A stretch of 64,000 nt of DNA from a virus, in the IMG/VR virus record IMGVR_UViG_3300006310_000001; one strand, given 5' to 3'. The notes under the pieces are model-generated. The model was not told the DNA's origin, did not search any database, and saw only the letters and a list, made by a program, of their open reading frames with translations. Within the stretch, counting starts at the first letter, position 1. Every line of letters begins with the position of its first letter. A program made the position numbers and the translations under genes. Below are positions 1 through 10,318 of this stretch, one piece after another.

Positions 1-336
1 TGTTTCGTGTCCTGGTGCCATAGTTGGCGCTTCAGGTTTACTTGCTTCTGGACTCGGTTCTTTAGTCGGTTCAAAAGCTATTTCTTTTCCATCTGTATCC
101 ATAATTTTATCAGTTCTCGGACTTGCTGACGTTACCGCAGGTTTAGGGTCACTAAATTTTTCAGGTTCTATACCTTTAAAAATTTTGCCAGCAACATCTA
201 CTCTTTGTCTATCAAGAGCACTTGCTACTTTATCTCTTAAAGCATCCTTAAATGCTTCTCCTGCGTCTGCGTTTTTACCCGCTTGTAATTTGTCAATAAA
301 CTCCGCTGTCTTACTTGGAACGCTTGGGTCTGCCAT
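1..336 (-). CDS. Partial ORF downstream of portal; probable prohead core/scaffold-type protein (gp67-like position)
   Basis: Not in ORF track. ATG at 336-334 overlaps the gp20 stop (TAATG) and has a GGAG SD. Reads MADPSVPSKTAEFIDKLQAGKNADAGEAFKDAL... and stays open to the window edge. Identity inferred from synteny only. Confidence 0.6.
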   Translation of the reverse strand, partial: MADPSVPSKTAEFIDKLQAGKNADAGEAFKDALRDKVASALDRQRVDVAGKIFKGIEPEKFSDPKPAVTSASPRTDKIMDTDGKEIAFEPTKEPSPEASKPEAPTMAPGHET

Positions 337-1865
337 TACATATCTCCTTCTATACTATCTTTATTTGCTGTATATTGTTGCATAGGGTCTGCAAGTATAC
401 CATCTTTAACTTCTCTTTTAATTTGACTGTTTATGTCTTCAATATCCCTATCGTTTTGTCGTAAAATTTTCTTACGAACATACTCTACTGAATAATACTT
501 ACCTACATAATCTCTTACTGAATCGGCAAGTCTTAATCTTTCTAATAACATTTCAGAATCTTTTAGTTCAGCAAAATGTCCATCTTGCAAAAAGTCATAT
601 TGGATTACATCCCTTATAACTAACCAATCTTCATCCGTAATAACGGCTTTTAAAACTAATTGAGTTCTTAATATATCGTTAAATATTTCAGTAAATTTCT
701 TTCTTAATCTTTGTACAAATTTCGTAAATTTAAGTTCATCTCTAGTAATTTCAGTTGAACGTCCTAGATTAAATCCAGTTGACGCTTCTAATCTACTAGC
801 AGGAACATTTAAAGAACGATATAATTTACTTCTAAAGTATTCTATATCTCCCATTTCACCAAGATTTTGTCCACCTTGTAAAGTAGTAATATCAGTTCCT
901 CTTCCACCTTCTCTACTTGGTAACCAAAAGTCTTCAAGCATTGACATATAATTTCTGTCATCACGTATCTCACCTGTACTTGCGTCATAGACAAGTTTGT
1001 TTCTATATCTTGCCATAACATCACGTAAGTATTGTTCTGCTTTTACTTTAGGTAAATTACCAACATCAATTTTAAATATACGTCTTTCTGGTGCTCTTGC
1101 AATTCTGTATATAACACTTGCGTCCTCAATCATACGTAATTGATTAACAGGTTTAATTGCTTTATGTAAATATGATAAGACCATATTTTTGTTTTGGTCT
1201 ATCAGTCCACTTGGACAAAATGCTATTGCGTCAACAGCAATTTTAATTCCACCAGATGTAGTATTTGTAACACCTTTTTCATTAAACAAAAAGTATTCTT
1301 TAACTTCATCAATAACATTTAAACCATATGGAGTAGGTCCATCTGGTCTTCTCTTTCTTACTTCTCTAATCTTTTTAATTTTTCTAGGGTCTATATATCT
1401 TAATTCTGTAATACCCTTTCTTGTAGATTCTCTATCAATTACTTTATGATAATATAATCTACCGTCCACGTACCATCTTCTAAAGATATCGTGACCTCTA
1501 GTATGGAAGTTCATCAATCTTAAAACTTCTTTAAACTCGTCTTCTATTTTTCTTCTGACATCTTTACCGAATGGTAAATATTCTAGGTTTAATCTTATTG
1601 CGTCTTTGACTTCGTTTGCAACAATTGATTCATTTATTATATCCTCAATTGCCATATCGCACTCGGGATGTAAAGCGATTTCTCTATAACGTCTGATAAG
1701 GTCTTGCTCGGTCTTTGTCTGACCTTCCATATCCAAGTATTGACCGTAATACCCACCAGCGGCGATGGTTTGTGTTCCATCATCCGCTTGTGGTTGTGTA
1801 AATGCTTGTTTTGGATCTTGAGGTTTCTTAACCCTTGTTATAGAAAATCCAAATAGTTCAGCCAT
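336..1865 (-). CDS. gp20: Portal vertex protein
   Basis: T4 gp20 motifs IYRIARAPERRIFKIDVGNLPKVKAEQYL, EDFWLPSREGGRGTDITTL, ITRDELKF. Confidence 0.97.
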   Translation of the reverse strand: MAELFGFSITRVKKPQDPKQAFTQPQADDGTQTIAAGGYYGQYLDMEGQTKTEQDLIRRYREIALHPECDMAIEDIINESIVANEVKDAIRLNLEYLPFGKDVRRKIEDEFKEVLRLMNFHTRGHDIFRRWYVDGRLYYHKVIDRESTRKGITELRYIDPRKIKKIREVRKRRPDGPTPYGLNVIDEVKEYFLFNEKGVTNTTSGGIKIAVDAIAFCPSGLIDQNKNMVLSYLHKAIKPVNQLRMIEDASVIYRIARAPERRIFKIDVGNLPKVKAEQYLRDVMARYRNKLVYDASTGEIRDDRNYMSMLEDFWLPSREGGRGTDITTLQGGQNLGEMGDIEYFRSKLYRSLNVPASRLEASTGFNLGRSTEITRDELKFTKFVQRLRKKFTEIFNDILRTQLVLKAVITDEDWLVIRDVIQYDFLQDGHFAELKDSEMLLERLRLADSVRDYVGKYYSVEYVRKKILRQNDRDIEDINSQIKREVKDGILADPMQQYTANKDSIEGDM

Positions 1866-1892
1866 AATTTATTCTCCTTAAAAATACACTAC

Positions 1893-1900
1893 TATTTATA
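1893..1900 (-). promoter_or_regulatory. T4-type late promoter upstream of gp20
   Basis: Exact TATAAATA on minus strand in intergenic gap. Confidence 0.8.
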
Positions 1901-1908
1901 AGTAGTTT

Positions 1909-2436
1909 TTAAGTAGTTGTAGTACTTTCAAAGTATTGGAACGCTAACGTAACACTTGTTTCTGATATATCAGTTTTAGCAGCATAATCCAATGGAATTG
2001 CGTTAATCGCTGTAGGAAATACACCTCTTAAAGTGTAAGTCTTAATTTGATTACCGTTTCTGTCCAATTGGTCTACGAATGCGTCAACTTGATAGTCAAC
2101 AGGATTTGTTAATCCTTCGTTATCAGTCATATTGTTTATACCGTTCATCCATCTTTCAAATGCATTACGCAATTTGAAATTAGTATCATTTATTACTTTG
2201 ATAGACCAGTCTGCAATTGTTCTATCTCCAGCGATTTTTATAGCTCGTCCTCTAAAAGGAACTTCTATTGCTGTAATTGCCATTCCTGGTAATTCAGCAC
2301 CTTGACATAAAAATGCTAGGTCTTCTATTTCTCCACCAACTTGAGCGTAGCCTGGGAAAGGCATAACCACTTTATACTGGTTACTTCTTGCGCCGCCGCC
2401 CGAAAGTTTAGCTTTGAAATCATTTATGTTTGCCAT
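1909..2436 (-). CDS. gp19: Tail tube protein
   Basis: FLCQGAELPG, VPFRGRAIKIAGDRT..W, FERWMNGIN; lies between gp18 and gp20. Confidence 0.95.
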   Translation of the reverse strand: MANINDFKAKLSGGGARSNQYKVVMPFPGYAQVGGEIEDLAFLCQGAELPGMAITAIEVPFRGRAIKIAGDRTIADWSIKVINDTNFKLRNAFERWMNGINNMTDNEGLTNPVDYQVDAFVDQLDRNGNQIKTYTLRGVFPTAINAIPLDYAAKTDISETSVTLAFQYFESTTTT

Positions 2437-2460
2437 TTTATTTCTCCGTTATTCTCTCTA

Positions 2461-4380
2461 TTAGCTAGCGACCTCTTCAAAGGAAACGCCTGTTCTTGTT
2501 GCAACGAATTGCAATGAGATAAAGTTGATACTTCTAGCAGGTTTAACAAAAATTTCTGCTACAAATTCGTTTCTATCTATTACTTCGCCTGTGTTGTTAG
2601 TTTCATCACACACTACTAAAAAGTCTGTGATACCTCTTCGTCCTTGTACTTCTCTTAAAAATGGTTCTACCATATTTCTAAATCCAGCTCTAGTGAATTC
2701 ATCATTGAATTCAAATAGTTGAACTTTAGAAGCAGATGATATTGCCTTTTCTAAAACGATAAACAATCTTCGTACATTGACTCTGTCAAATGCACTAGGA
2801 TTTGTTAGTCCAGTTTTATCACCGAATAATACAGTTCCTTGTCCTGGGAACGTAGTCACAGGATTTACTCTTGCTCTGTATAATTCATCTCTTTGTGATT
2901 TAGTTGGATTAAATGCCAGTTTAACAGCACCTCTTACTACACCTCGGTTTAATCCTGCAGGTGAGTACCAAGCGTCTGCAAGCATATCAGTTCTTGCTGA
3001 TAATCCTGCCATATCGCTATTTAAAGGTACATATCTATAAATGTCATTATATCTATCGTACATATATTTGTAACCGCTATCAAAAAACACATAAGAAGAT
3101 GAAGAAATTCCATTAAAGAAATTTACAACATTATCTTTTTGTGTTGCTGAGTTAGTTACATTAACTACATCACTTCTTTCAGGACTTGCAAAAACTACAC
3201 AGTCTTTTCTGTTTTCAGCAATAGTAATTAAATTGTCTATATGTGTTGAGTCACCAGCACCTGCAATGATTAATCCAACGTCTGTTGTTTCAGCGTCTTG
3301 GTATTTTTCATAAGCAGATTTAACTTGAGCAGTTGTAGCAGTTGTACCGTCAGAACCATTTGATAATGATACTTTGCTTACAGAAGTTACGTCTGTAAAT
3401 GCAGTACTTGCTGCCGCCGTGCCCCAATTGGATCCAGAAGCGTTGTGGTCCATCCAGAAAACGTAATTACTTGAATTGTAAAGTACGTCTGAATAGTAAT
3501 TAGTGTCACCTTGAGGACTCTTAGCGTCTGAAGCTTTTGATACTGCTTCAAATTTTTCTAAAACTTCCCCTTTAGTTCCATTAATTCCACCGTCTTCGTC
3601 AACTACAATTATATGTAGTTCATCTCCACTTCCACCTCTTGATTGAGCGTAAGTAGATGTTCCTGGTGCTTTATTAAATAGGTCATAATATGTCCATCTT
3701 CGTCTTACATTAGCACCATTTGTAATAGTCTTTTGTAATCCAGAAGAGTCAGAAGTACCAATATATGTTGGTTCTTCTTTTCGCACAATGTTTAAGTCAT
3801 TAGTAGCAACACTAATAACTCTATATTCATATTCATCACCAAAATTAACTATATCTCCAGCACTAATTCCTGTAGAGGATGTAACTGAAACTACTGTATC
3901 TCCGACATTTGTTGAAGCGTCAGCAACAGTTGTTTTAGCAGTTTCTTCATAAGCAGTAGCAGAAGGACATTGAGAAATACATAAATTATTTCCCCACGCA
4001 CCCGCTGTTCTACTAGCCCACATTCCTACAGAAGCAGAACCGTCAGCATAATTGTTTTGGTAATCAGTAGTATTCTTTATAACAAACGCACTACCACTTT
4101 CAGTTGCGTTTGAAACAGATGAGTTCTGTACACGAACTACTTTCAAGTTATTTGAATATTGTAAAAAGTTTGAAGCACTAAAATAACTCTCAAAATTAGA
4201 GCTATCTGGTTTTCCAAACGTTAACAATAAATCAGATTCGCTACCGATACTTACAACTTCGTCAAGAGGACCCTTACTGAAAGTTCCAGCAAAAGCTCCA
4301 GAAGACGTTGAAACGGCAGGAATAATTCTTGTTAAGTCTTTTTCCTGTACGAGAACACCTGGTGATACTTGAAATGCCAT
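2461..4380 (-). CDS. gp18: Tail sheath protein
   Basis: SPGVLVQEKDLT N-terminus, WYSPAGLNRG, FDRVNVRRLF, KPARSINFISLQFVATRTGVSFEE. Confidence 0.97.
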   Translation of the reverse strand: MAFQVSPGVLVQEKDLTRIIPAVSTSSGAFAGTFSKGPLDEVVSIGSESDLLLTFGKPDSSNFESYFSASNFLQYSNNLKVVRVQNSSVSNATESGSAFVIKNTTDYQNNYADGSASVGMWASRTAGAWGNNLCISQCPSATAYEETAKTTVADASTNVGDTVVSVTSSTGISAGDIVNFGDEYEYRVISVATNDLNIVRKEEPTYIGTSDSSGLQKTITNGANVRRRWTYYDLFNKAPGTSTYAQSRGGSGDELHIIVVDEDGGINGTKGEVLEKFEAVSKASDAKSPQGDTNYYSDVLYNSSNYVFWMDHNASGSNWGTAAASTAFTDVTSVSKVSLSNGSDGTTATTAQVKSAYEKYQDAETTDVGLIIAGAGDSTHIDNLITIAENRKDCVVFASPERSDVVNVTNSATQKDNVVNFFNGISSSSYVFFDSGYKYMYDRYNDIYRYVPLNSDMAGLSARTDMLADAWYSPAGLNRGVVRGAVKLAFNPTKSQRDELYRARVNPVTTFPGQGTVLFGDKTGLTNPSAFDRVNVRRLFIVLEKAISSASKVQLFEFNDEFTRAGFRNMVEPFLREVQGRRGITDFLVVCDETNNTGEVIDRNEFVAEIFVKPARSINFISLQFVATRTGVSFEEVAS

Positions 4381-4474
4381 TAGGTTTTCTCCTTATAATT
4401 AACTAATTAGTTTGTATCTTTTCGCATATTCCGTATGTTTTCATACGACCATAGTCAAATTTCATAACTATGGA

Positions 4475-4482
4475 TATTTATA
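4475..4482 (-). promoter_or_regulatory. T4-type late promoter upstream of gp18
   Basis: Exact TATAAATA, followed by a leader of about 95 nt with two hairpins. Confidence 0.75.
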
Positions 4483-4493
4483 TAATACTTAAT

Positions 4494-6128
4494 TTAGAGC
4501 CCTTTTCTGACAACTGGATACCAGACTGTTCCATATTCATCTACTTCTGTTTTCTCCCAATCAGGAGTACCATCATCTACAAAACCAAAAGGAGCCATAT
4601 CTTGCTCTATTAATTTTTCTTGTTCTTCATATAATTGTTGTCTAGCATTTGTATTAGTCATTTCTTTAAAGTAAGGTTGATTAGACAACCAACCAAATAA
4701 TACAAGACAAGTCATTAAATCATCATTACATCCTTCTTCCGCTTGCCAAGAATTTCCTTTACGAGCATAAGTTGACATTTCTTCTATGATATTGAAGTCA
4801 TTAATAATAACTTTATCTCCTTCAATCAATGTCTTAATGTTAGAACAACCAACTTTTTTAATCTGTTTTGTCATACGAACACCAAAACCAGAACCTCTTC
4901 CACTATATCCTGCACCCAATATCTGACCTGCTCTACCTCTTTGAGTAGTCATTAATAGATTAGGATATTCTAATTCATAGTTTAATGATTCACCTATTTG
5001 TTGACCTATATCATTTGTTTCACAAAGAATATCTGCCGTGTTATAACCCTTACACGCTTTTTGTATTAAGTGTGGAAATAGAATTGGTTTAACTTCATTA
5101 CTTCTATATTTGGCAACAACTCTATAAGGCATTTGAGTAACATCAAACATTAAAAATGCTGAATAATCTCTATCTACACCTCTCGCTACATCAACACAAC
5201 AAACATAATTTCTACCATTTACAACCTTTTCAAATACATCTAAACCACCACTTGAAGTTAATGGTGTCATATAAGGTGTTTGTTTAATCTTAACTGGTGA
5301 AATTAATGTATCTACTGATCCTAAAAATTCACACTCAAATTCTTGTTGAAATTGTGCTGCTGATGTATTACGTATAGTTGTTTCTTTCCATTTTTCATCT
5401 CTACCTGGAACTTCTGACCAATGTACTTCAATAGGTTTATAATCATTTCTTCCATTTTCAGCGTCTGTCCATAATTTATAAAATTGATTCATTCCGTGAG
5501 GTGTTGATACGATAATAACTTTTGAAGTTTTACCAGATGTAATAGTAGGATAAACTGAACTAAAAAACATTTCTGCTATATTAGCAGGTACGAAAGCAAA
5601 CTCATCAAGAAATATTATATTATATGTTCCTCCTCGTATTGCACTTGAAGATGTAGCAGCAGCAATAATAGTAGATTTATTTTCTAATTCTATATTACCT
5701 TTGTTCCAATTAATAACTCCTTGTTGCAACCATTTAGGCAAATTTTCATATGCCAATTGTAATCTTCCTAATATATCTCTAGCAGTAGAAGATTTATTAG
5801 CAAGAATTGCTATGTTTGAATTTGGATTAAATATTGCATAGTGTAAAAGATATGCAATTGTTGTAGTTGATTTACCTGATTGTCTAGGCAATTTGCAAAT
5901 AGTAAATCTTTCTTTATCTATTGTAGTTACAATCTTCTTTTGGAAATCATATAGTTTAAAAGATATAAGTCCTTCATCAAGAGAAACGATTTTCATCCAT
6001 TTCTCCATAAAATATATTGGATCTGTTTTACATTTCTGAAATTCTACAATTTGGTCTTCAGTAAATTCAACTGGTATATTTACTTTTTTTAAATTAGGAT
6101 TTCCTAAATATGCGTCTGTTACTGGCAT
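4494..6128 (-). CDS. gp17: Terminase large subunit
   Basis: YLGNPNLKK N-terminus, Walker A LPRQSGKS, Walker B IIFLDEFAF, FQQEFECEFLGS, nuclease DVARG and DDLMTC. Start moved to ATG 6128 (MPVTDAY), just after the late promoter. Confidence 0.97.
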   Translation of the reverse strand: MPVTDAYLGNPNLKKVNIPVEFTEDQIVEFQKCKTDPIYFMEKWMKIVSLDEGLISFKLYDFQKKIVTTIDKERFTICKLPRQSGKSTTTIAYLLHYAIFNPNSNIAILANKSSTARDILGRLQLAYENLPKWLQQGVINWNKGNIELENKSTIIAAATSSSAIRGGTYNIIFLDEFAFVPANIAEMFFSSVYPTITSGKTSKVIIVSTPHGMNQFYKLWTDAENGRNDYKPIEVHWSEVPGRDEKWKETTIRNTSAAQFQQEFECEFLGSVDTLISPVKIKQTPYMTPLTSSGGLDVFEKVVNGRNYVCCVDVARGVDRDYSAFLMFDVTQMPYRVVAKYRSNEVKPILFPHLIQKACKGYNTADILCETNDIGQQIGESLNYELEYPNLLMTTQRGRAGQILGAGYSGRGSGFGVRMTKQIKKVGCSNIKTLIEGDKVIINDFNIIEEMSTYARKGNSWQAEEGCNDDLMTCLVLFGWLSNQPYFKEMTNTNARQQLYEEQEKLIEQDMAPFGFVDDGTPDWEKTEVDEYGTVWYPVVRKGL

Positions 6129-6133
6129 ATTAC

Positions 6134-6141
6134 TATTTATA
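6134..6141 (-). promoter_or_regulatory. T4-type late promoter upstream of gp17
   Basis: Exact TATAAATA, overlapping the stop of the upstream oxygenase gene. Confidence 0.75.
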
Positions 6142-6733
6142 ATTGATACCCAAACCAACCAGTTATGATATATTTTTCGTGGGTCTTGGAAATTTGTCCG
6201 CTATGTGTATGTGTAAAGTCAGTCGGCCAAATCAAAGTCAAACCTTTTTCAGCAGGAGTTGTTGCATTTTGATATTTAAAATGTGTACCACCGTTAGGAA
6301 CATCATTTAAATAAGTCATCCAAACAAGACAACGGTTTTCGTGCCTGGAAGTTCTTTCACAATGCTTAGTAAAATAACCTCCACCTGGTGGATAGTATTG
6401 TAAATTTCCTCCTTCAACCATTCCATATCTTTCAAACTCTTTAACTTCAGGATATTTCTCTTCGTATAGACCAACACATTCTTTCAACGCATTTTTATAT
6501 TTCATAAACCTTGGTTCTTCCCAATTTGGATCTAATCCAATATCTATAGAATCTTTTACTTCTTTATTAATTTTTGAAGTGAAACCTACAACACCTGGTT
6601 TTTGTGCTTGTTTATTCTCTTTAAATAAATTTATAAGTCCATCACAAATACCAGAAGGAATATACCAACCTCCTATACAAGAAGTTGTTGGTATAATATA
6701 TTCTCTATGTTTTGGCATTACTTTGTATTGCAC
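6137..6733 (-). CDS. 2OG-Fe(II) oxygenase (prolyl-hydroxylase-like)
   Basis: LQYYPPGGGY..HCE, LVWMTYLNDV..GGT.F, LIWPTDFTHTH.G, KYIITGW. Probable GTG start at 6733 after GGAGG (ORF track starts 6745). Confidence 0.85.
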   Translation of the reverse strand: MQYKVMPKHREYIIPTTSCIGGWYIPSGICDGLINLFKENKQAQKPGVVGFTSKINKEVKDSIDIGLDPNWEEPRFMKYKNALKECVGLYEEKYPEVKEFERYGMVEGGNLQYYPPGGGYFTKHCERTSRHENRCLVWMTYLNDVPNGGTHFKYQNATTPAEKGLTLIWPTDFTHTHSGQISKTHEKYIITGWFGYQL

Positions 6734-7922
6734 TTTTACCTCCACATTTTTTCATAGCCGCTTTTAGTTTTACTACCATATCAAAGATTAATGCGTCTGT
6801 ATGAAATGGTGTAGGAGTAAATCTTAATCTTTCAGTACCTACAGGAACAGTCGGCCAATTAATAGGTTGTACATAGATACCTTCTTTATATAAAAGTTCA
6901 TCTGATATTGCTTTAGCTCTTTTAGGGTCTCCAATAATTACAGGAACAATATGACTATCATTTTTCATAACTTCTATACCTTGTCTAGCAAGTTCTAATT
7001 TAGTTTTATTTGCTCTTTCGTGTATTTGTTCTCTTAATTCAGGATGGTCTCTAACATATTTAATACTTGTTAAAGCACCAGCACAAATTACTGGACTTAA
7101 ACTAGTTGTAAATATAAAAGCACTTGCCAAACTTCTTATGGCGTCAATAAAATCTTTTTTTCCTGCAATGTATCCACCTTGTACTCCAAATGCTTTTGCT
7201 AATGTTCCATTAATAATATCTACTTCTATATTATCTCTTTCAGTAATACCACCACCTGTTGCACCATATAAACCAACAGCGTGTACTTCATCTAAAAATG
7301 TTATTGCATTATATTTTTTAGCTAGTTCTACTATTTCTTTTACTGGTCCAATATCTCCGTCCATAGAATATACACTTTCAAATACTACACATTTTGGACC
7401 TTCGTATGATTTTAAAATTCTTTCTAAATCTTCTACATCATTATGTTTAAATATTTCTTTCTTACATCTACTATGCCTAATGCCTTGTATAAGAGAAGAG
7501 TGATTTAATGAGTCTGATATATACAATAAGTCAGGTATAATTTTTCCTAAAGTTTCTAAAGTTGTTTGATTAGCATTATATGCTGAAGTAAATATTAATG
7601 CCTTTTCTTTTTTATGAAAATCTGCTAATTCGGTTTCTAAAGCATTATGGTAGTGAGTAGAACCAGATATGTTTCTTGTACCTCCAGCACCTGCCCCACT
7701 TGATTCTAATGCTGTTTTCATTGAGTCTATAACATAAGAGTGTTGTCCCATACCTAAATAATCGTTAGAACACCAATTGACTATTTTTTTAATTGAGTAT
7801 TTTGAATACCAAATAGCGTGAGGAAAGTTTCCTCTAGTCCTAACTATATCATTAAAGACTCGGTATCTTCCATCTTCTTTATATTCATTTATTATTTTTG
7901 TAAATTCTTCTAAATGTTTCAC
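6705..7922 (-). CDS. hemA: 5-aminolevulinate synthase (Shemin/C4 pathway)
   Basis: WCSNDYLGM, GAGAGGTRNISG, SDSLNHSSLIQGIR, FESVYSMDGD, DEVHAVGLYG, PLP lysine in GTLAKAFG, PTVPVGTERLRFTPTPFH. GTG start with GGAG SD. Confidence 0.95.
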   Translation of the reverse strand: MKHLEEFTKIINEYKEDGRYRVFNDIVRTRGNFPHAIWYSKYSIKKIVNWCSNDYLGMGQHSYVIDSMKTALESSGAGAGGTRNISGSTHYHNALETELADFHKKEKALIFTSAYNANQTTLETLGKIIPDLLYISDSLNHSSLIQGIRHSRCKKEIFKHNDVEDLERILKSYEGPKCVVFESVYSMDGDIGPVKEIVELAKKYNAITFLDEVHAVGLYGATGGGITERDNIEVDIINGTLAKAFGVQGGYIAGKKDFIDAIRSLASAFIFTTSLSPVICAGALTSIKYVRDHPELREQIHERANKTKLELARQGIEVMKNDSHIVPVIIGDPKRAKAISDELLYKEGIYVQPINWPTVPVGTERLRFTPTPFHTDALIFDMVVKLKAAMKKCGGKSAIQSNAKT

Positions 7923-8209
7923 TTAACTATAACTCCTTCTATATGGGTATAACCTAATTGTATAGCAGCCTGCACTCGTTGACTACCTTTCCACACACTA
8001 TATTCTTTTTCTATATATGGTATACCCATAGGACCATATCTAGGTACTTCGGATACAATGTGTTCTTTTACTTCTATTGGATAATTTAGTGATTCACCAT
8101 CTAATAATTCTTTTAATGGTGTCATTGACTTAATATAAATTAAGTCTTTTAGTACGATAGGAATTTTATTCGCTATCTTTTGATTTGCCGTCAATAGTTT
8201 CATTTTCAA
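7919..8209 (-). CDS. Small ParB/sulfiredoxin-like domain protein
   Basis: C-terminal VWKGSQRVQAAIQLGYTHIEGVIV resembles the ParB-N G..R..AA..LG motif. Confidence 0.5.
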   Translation of the reverse strand: MKMKLLTANQKIANKIPIVLKDLIYIKSMTPLKELLDGESLNYPIEVKEHIVSEVPRYGPMGIPYIEKEYSVWKGSQRVQAAIQLGYTHIEGVIVK

Positions 8210-8672
8210 TTCTCTTTTCTTTTTTAGTTTCCATACTTTGTTTATTCAACATCTTTTGTAATTCTGCTGTTGAACCTACAAATAAAGCATTTTTTATATT
8301 TGCGTTTGTTCTGCCAGGTAATTCTTTTAAGTCTTTAAATTTCTTTTGTAGGTCTTGTAATTTATCAACTGTAGTACCAACTTGTCCTATCAATTGCCCA
8401 ACAACTTCATATGCTCTAGGGTGTTGTCCTTCTTTTGCAATATCTAATATGCCTTGTATTGCTTCTTGTCCTTTTTCTATTATACTGTAATAACTTTCTC
8501 TACTGTAATCATAGTCAGTATTAATATCCTTTTCAACTTTTAAAGGAACTTCTCCATTCTTTCTAGGAACAGGTGGTTTAAAACCTTTTTGTGGTTCAAG
8601 GTTCTCTGGAACAACTTTATTTGTTCCTTCTAATCCCAATATTTCATTTACACTATCTTCCAATTTAGCCAT
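8166..8672 (-). CDS. gp16: Terminase small subunit
   Basis: DYDYSRESYYSIIEKG, HPRAYEVVGQLI, NALFVGSTAELQKML; downstream of gp15. Confidence 0.9.
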   Translation of the reverse strand: MAKLEDSVNEILGLEGTNKVVPENLEPQKGFKPPVPRKNGEVPLKVEKDINTDYDYSRESYYSIIEKGQEAIQGILDIAKEGQHPRAYEVVGQLIGQVGTTVDKLQDLQKKFKDLKELPGRTNANIKNALFVGSTAELQKMLNKQSMETKKEKRIENETIDGKSKDSE

Positions 8673-9475
8673 TATTCATCTTCTCCTGTTACTGGATTAT
8701 ATTTCTTTGTATCATCATAGAAACTAATCTTTGTTGTAAATCCAAAATCATCATCTGCATTAGCACTTTCAGGATTTGGTATTACTATAATTCTTTCTTC
8801 TCTTGATAAAGGAGCATCCGTAGATGTTCCTAAATCTGCTTGTGATTTTCTAATAACTTTACTTTGTGCCATAGGTCCATATAAGTAAGTTTTAGCAGTA
8901 AACGCTAAAGTATATATAACAGCTCTTCGCTTATTAAAATCACCATCATAAGTATCTTCATAACTTACATCATCTAAAACAATAGGTACGTCCCTTTTAA
9001 TATTTAATTCTGGTATTGCATTAATAGTTACTGTATAATCTGGTGCAAAGTATGGTAATATTTGTTCAATTATCTGTAGTCCATTTTCTGCTGTAGCAGT
9101 AAAAGAATAAAGATTAAATTGTATATCATAGGGTACAGGTGAATAATTAAAATTATGTATAGTAGAATCAGAAGTTTTAACTCTAACTGTTTTTTGAAGT
9201 TTGTTTAGTTTTCTAGTAGCGTCATACTTTAAACCTTTTAATTCAAATCCCATTCTAGGTAAAACAATTGCAAAAGTTCTACCTTTCTGCAAATTTGATT
9301 GTTGGTCTATTCTGGCTATAAACTTTTCTTTAGGAGCGTATGCTAAAGGCACACGTATTCTTTTAGTAACAGCACCTGTACTAGATTTTTGTTGAACGAT
9401 TATATTATTAAAAATTTGTCCAAATGCAATAGTTAGTCTTCTTAAACTTTGATTATAAAAATGTGTTCCGAACAT
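8672..9475 (-). CDS. gp15: Tail sheath stabiliser / terminator
   Basis: FGTHFYNQSLRRLTIAFGQIFN, VPLAYAPKEKF, LPRMGFE, EQILPYFAP. Confidence 0.93.
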   Translation of the reverse strand: MFGTHFYNQSLRRLTIAFGQIFNNIIVQQKSSTGAVTKRIRVPLAYAPKEKFIARIDQQSNLQKGRTFAIVLPRMGFELKGLKYDATRKLNKLQKTVRVKTSDSTIHNFNYSPVPYDIQFNLYSFTATAENGLQIIEQILPYFAPDYTVTINAIPELNIKRDVPIVLDDVSYEDTYDGDFNKRRAVIYTLAFTAKTYLYGPMAQSKVIRKSQADLGTSTDAPLSREERIIVIPNPESANADDDFGFTTKISFYDDTKKYNPVTGEDE

Positions 9476-9480
9476 ATAGT

Positions 9481-10314
9481 CTACTCGTCAATTTCCCCGA
9501 ATGGATTTCTTTCTGTAAAGTCAAGTATATCATCCGCTGTTGAAACAGTATCATATCCTGCTTCTTTATTCAAGTCTAAATTATCTGCATATGGAGATTG
9601 TGTCTGTATATTAGACTCTGTAAAATCTTCGTTCATTAAAAGTGCTGGTTGACCAGTTGAATAATCGTGATAACTTTCTAATTGTACTGAACCTGCACCT
9701 GTCATAACTTCTTGTCCATATTCTAAAGTAAACTTATATGCTAATTGGTCTAGTGTATGTGTATCTTCGTGTGAGTCAATAGTAGATAAACCAGTATCAA
9801 GTTTTTCACTTGAATATTCCCAACGAGTTACTTTTAATTTATAAACTGGCAGATTGCCTAATTGGAAAAATGGTTCTTGGTCTTCTACAAATAAAATTTC
9901 AAAAAAAGATTTCATCAAAGGCACATATATAATATCACCTTCGTTTGGTCTTCCTGTAACTGATAAAGAAGAACCAACCTGTGTTGCCTTATTACCAACT
10001 AAATTTGTCCAACTTCTTTTTGAAACCATTAATGATGTATCATCACGAATTTCTAATCCAAACTTACTTATGATTTCTTGTTCACCAGCAAATCCTGTAT
10101 TATTTTCAAAATACATTTCTATCAAATAAGAATCATCAAATCTACTAGATACATCTTCTCCTAGTATTAAATCTTTATTGACTAATGTTCGTGGTAAGTA
10201 GTAGACATCCTGACCGTAAATTTTAAGACCTTCAACTATTATATCTTCGTGTAGTCTTTGTTCGGCAGCATTACCTATGCCTTTTCCACCTTGAAAGTAA
10301 TGATTAACTGGCAT
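9481..10314 (-). CDS. gp14: Neck protein
   Basis: YGQDVYYLPRT, FGLEIRD, RPNEGDIIY.P, PFFQLG. Confidence 0.93.
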   Translation of the reverse strand: MPVNHYFQGGKGIGNAAEQRLHEDIIVEGLKIYGQDVYYLPRTLVNKDLILGEDVSSRFDDSYLIEMYFENNTGFAGEQEIISKFGLEIRDDTSLMVSKRSWTNLVGNKATQVGSSLSVTGRPNEGDIIYVPLMKSFFEILFVEDQEPFFQLGNLPVYKLKVTRWEYSSEKLDTGLSTIDSHEDTHTLDQLAYKFTLEYGQEVMTGAGSVQLESYHDYSTGQPALLMNEDFTESNIQTQSPYADNLDLNKEAGYDTVSTADDILDFTERNPFGEIDE

Positions 10315-10318
10315 AGCA

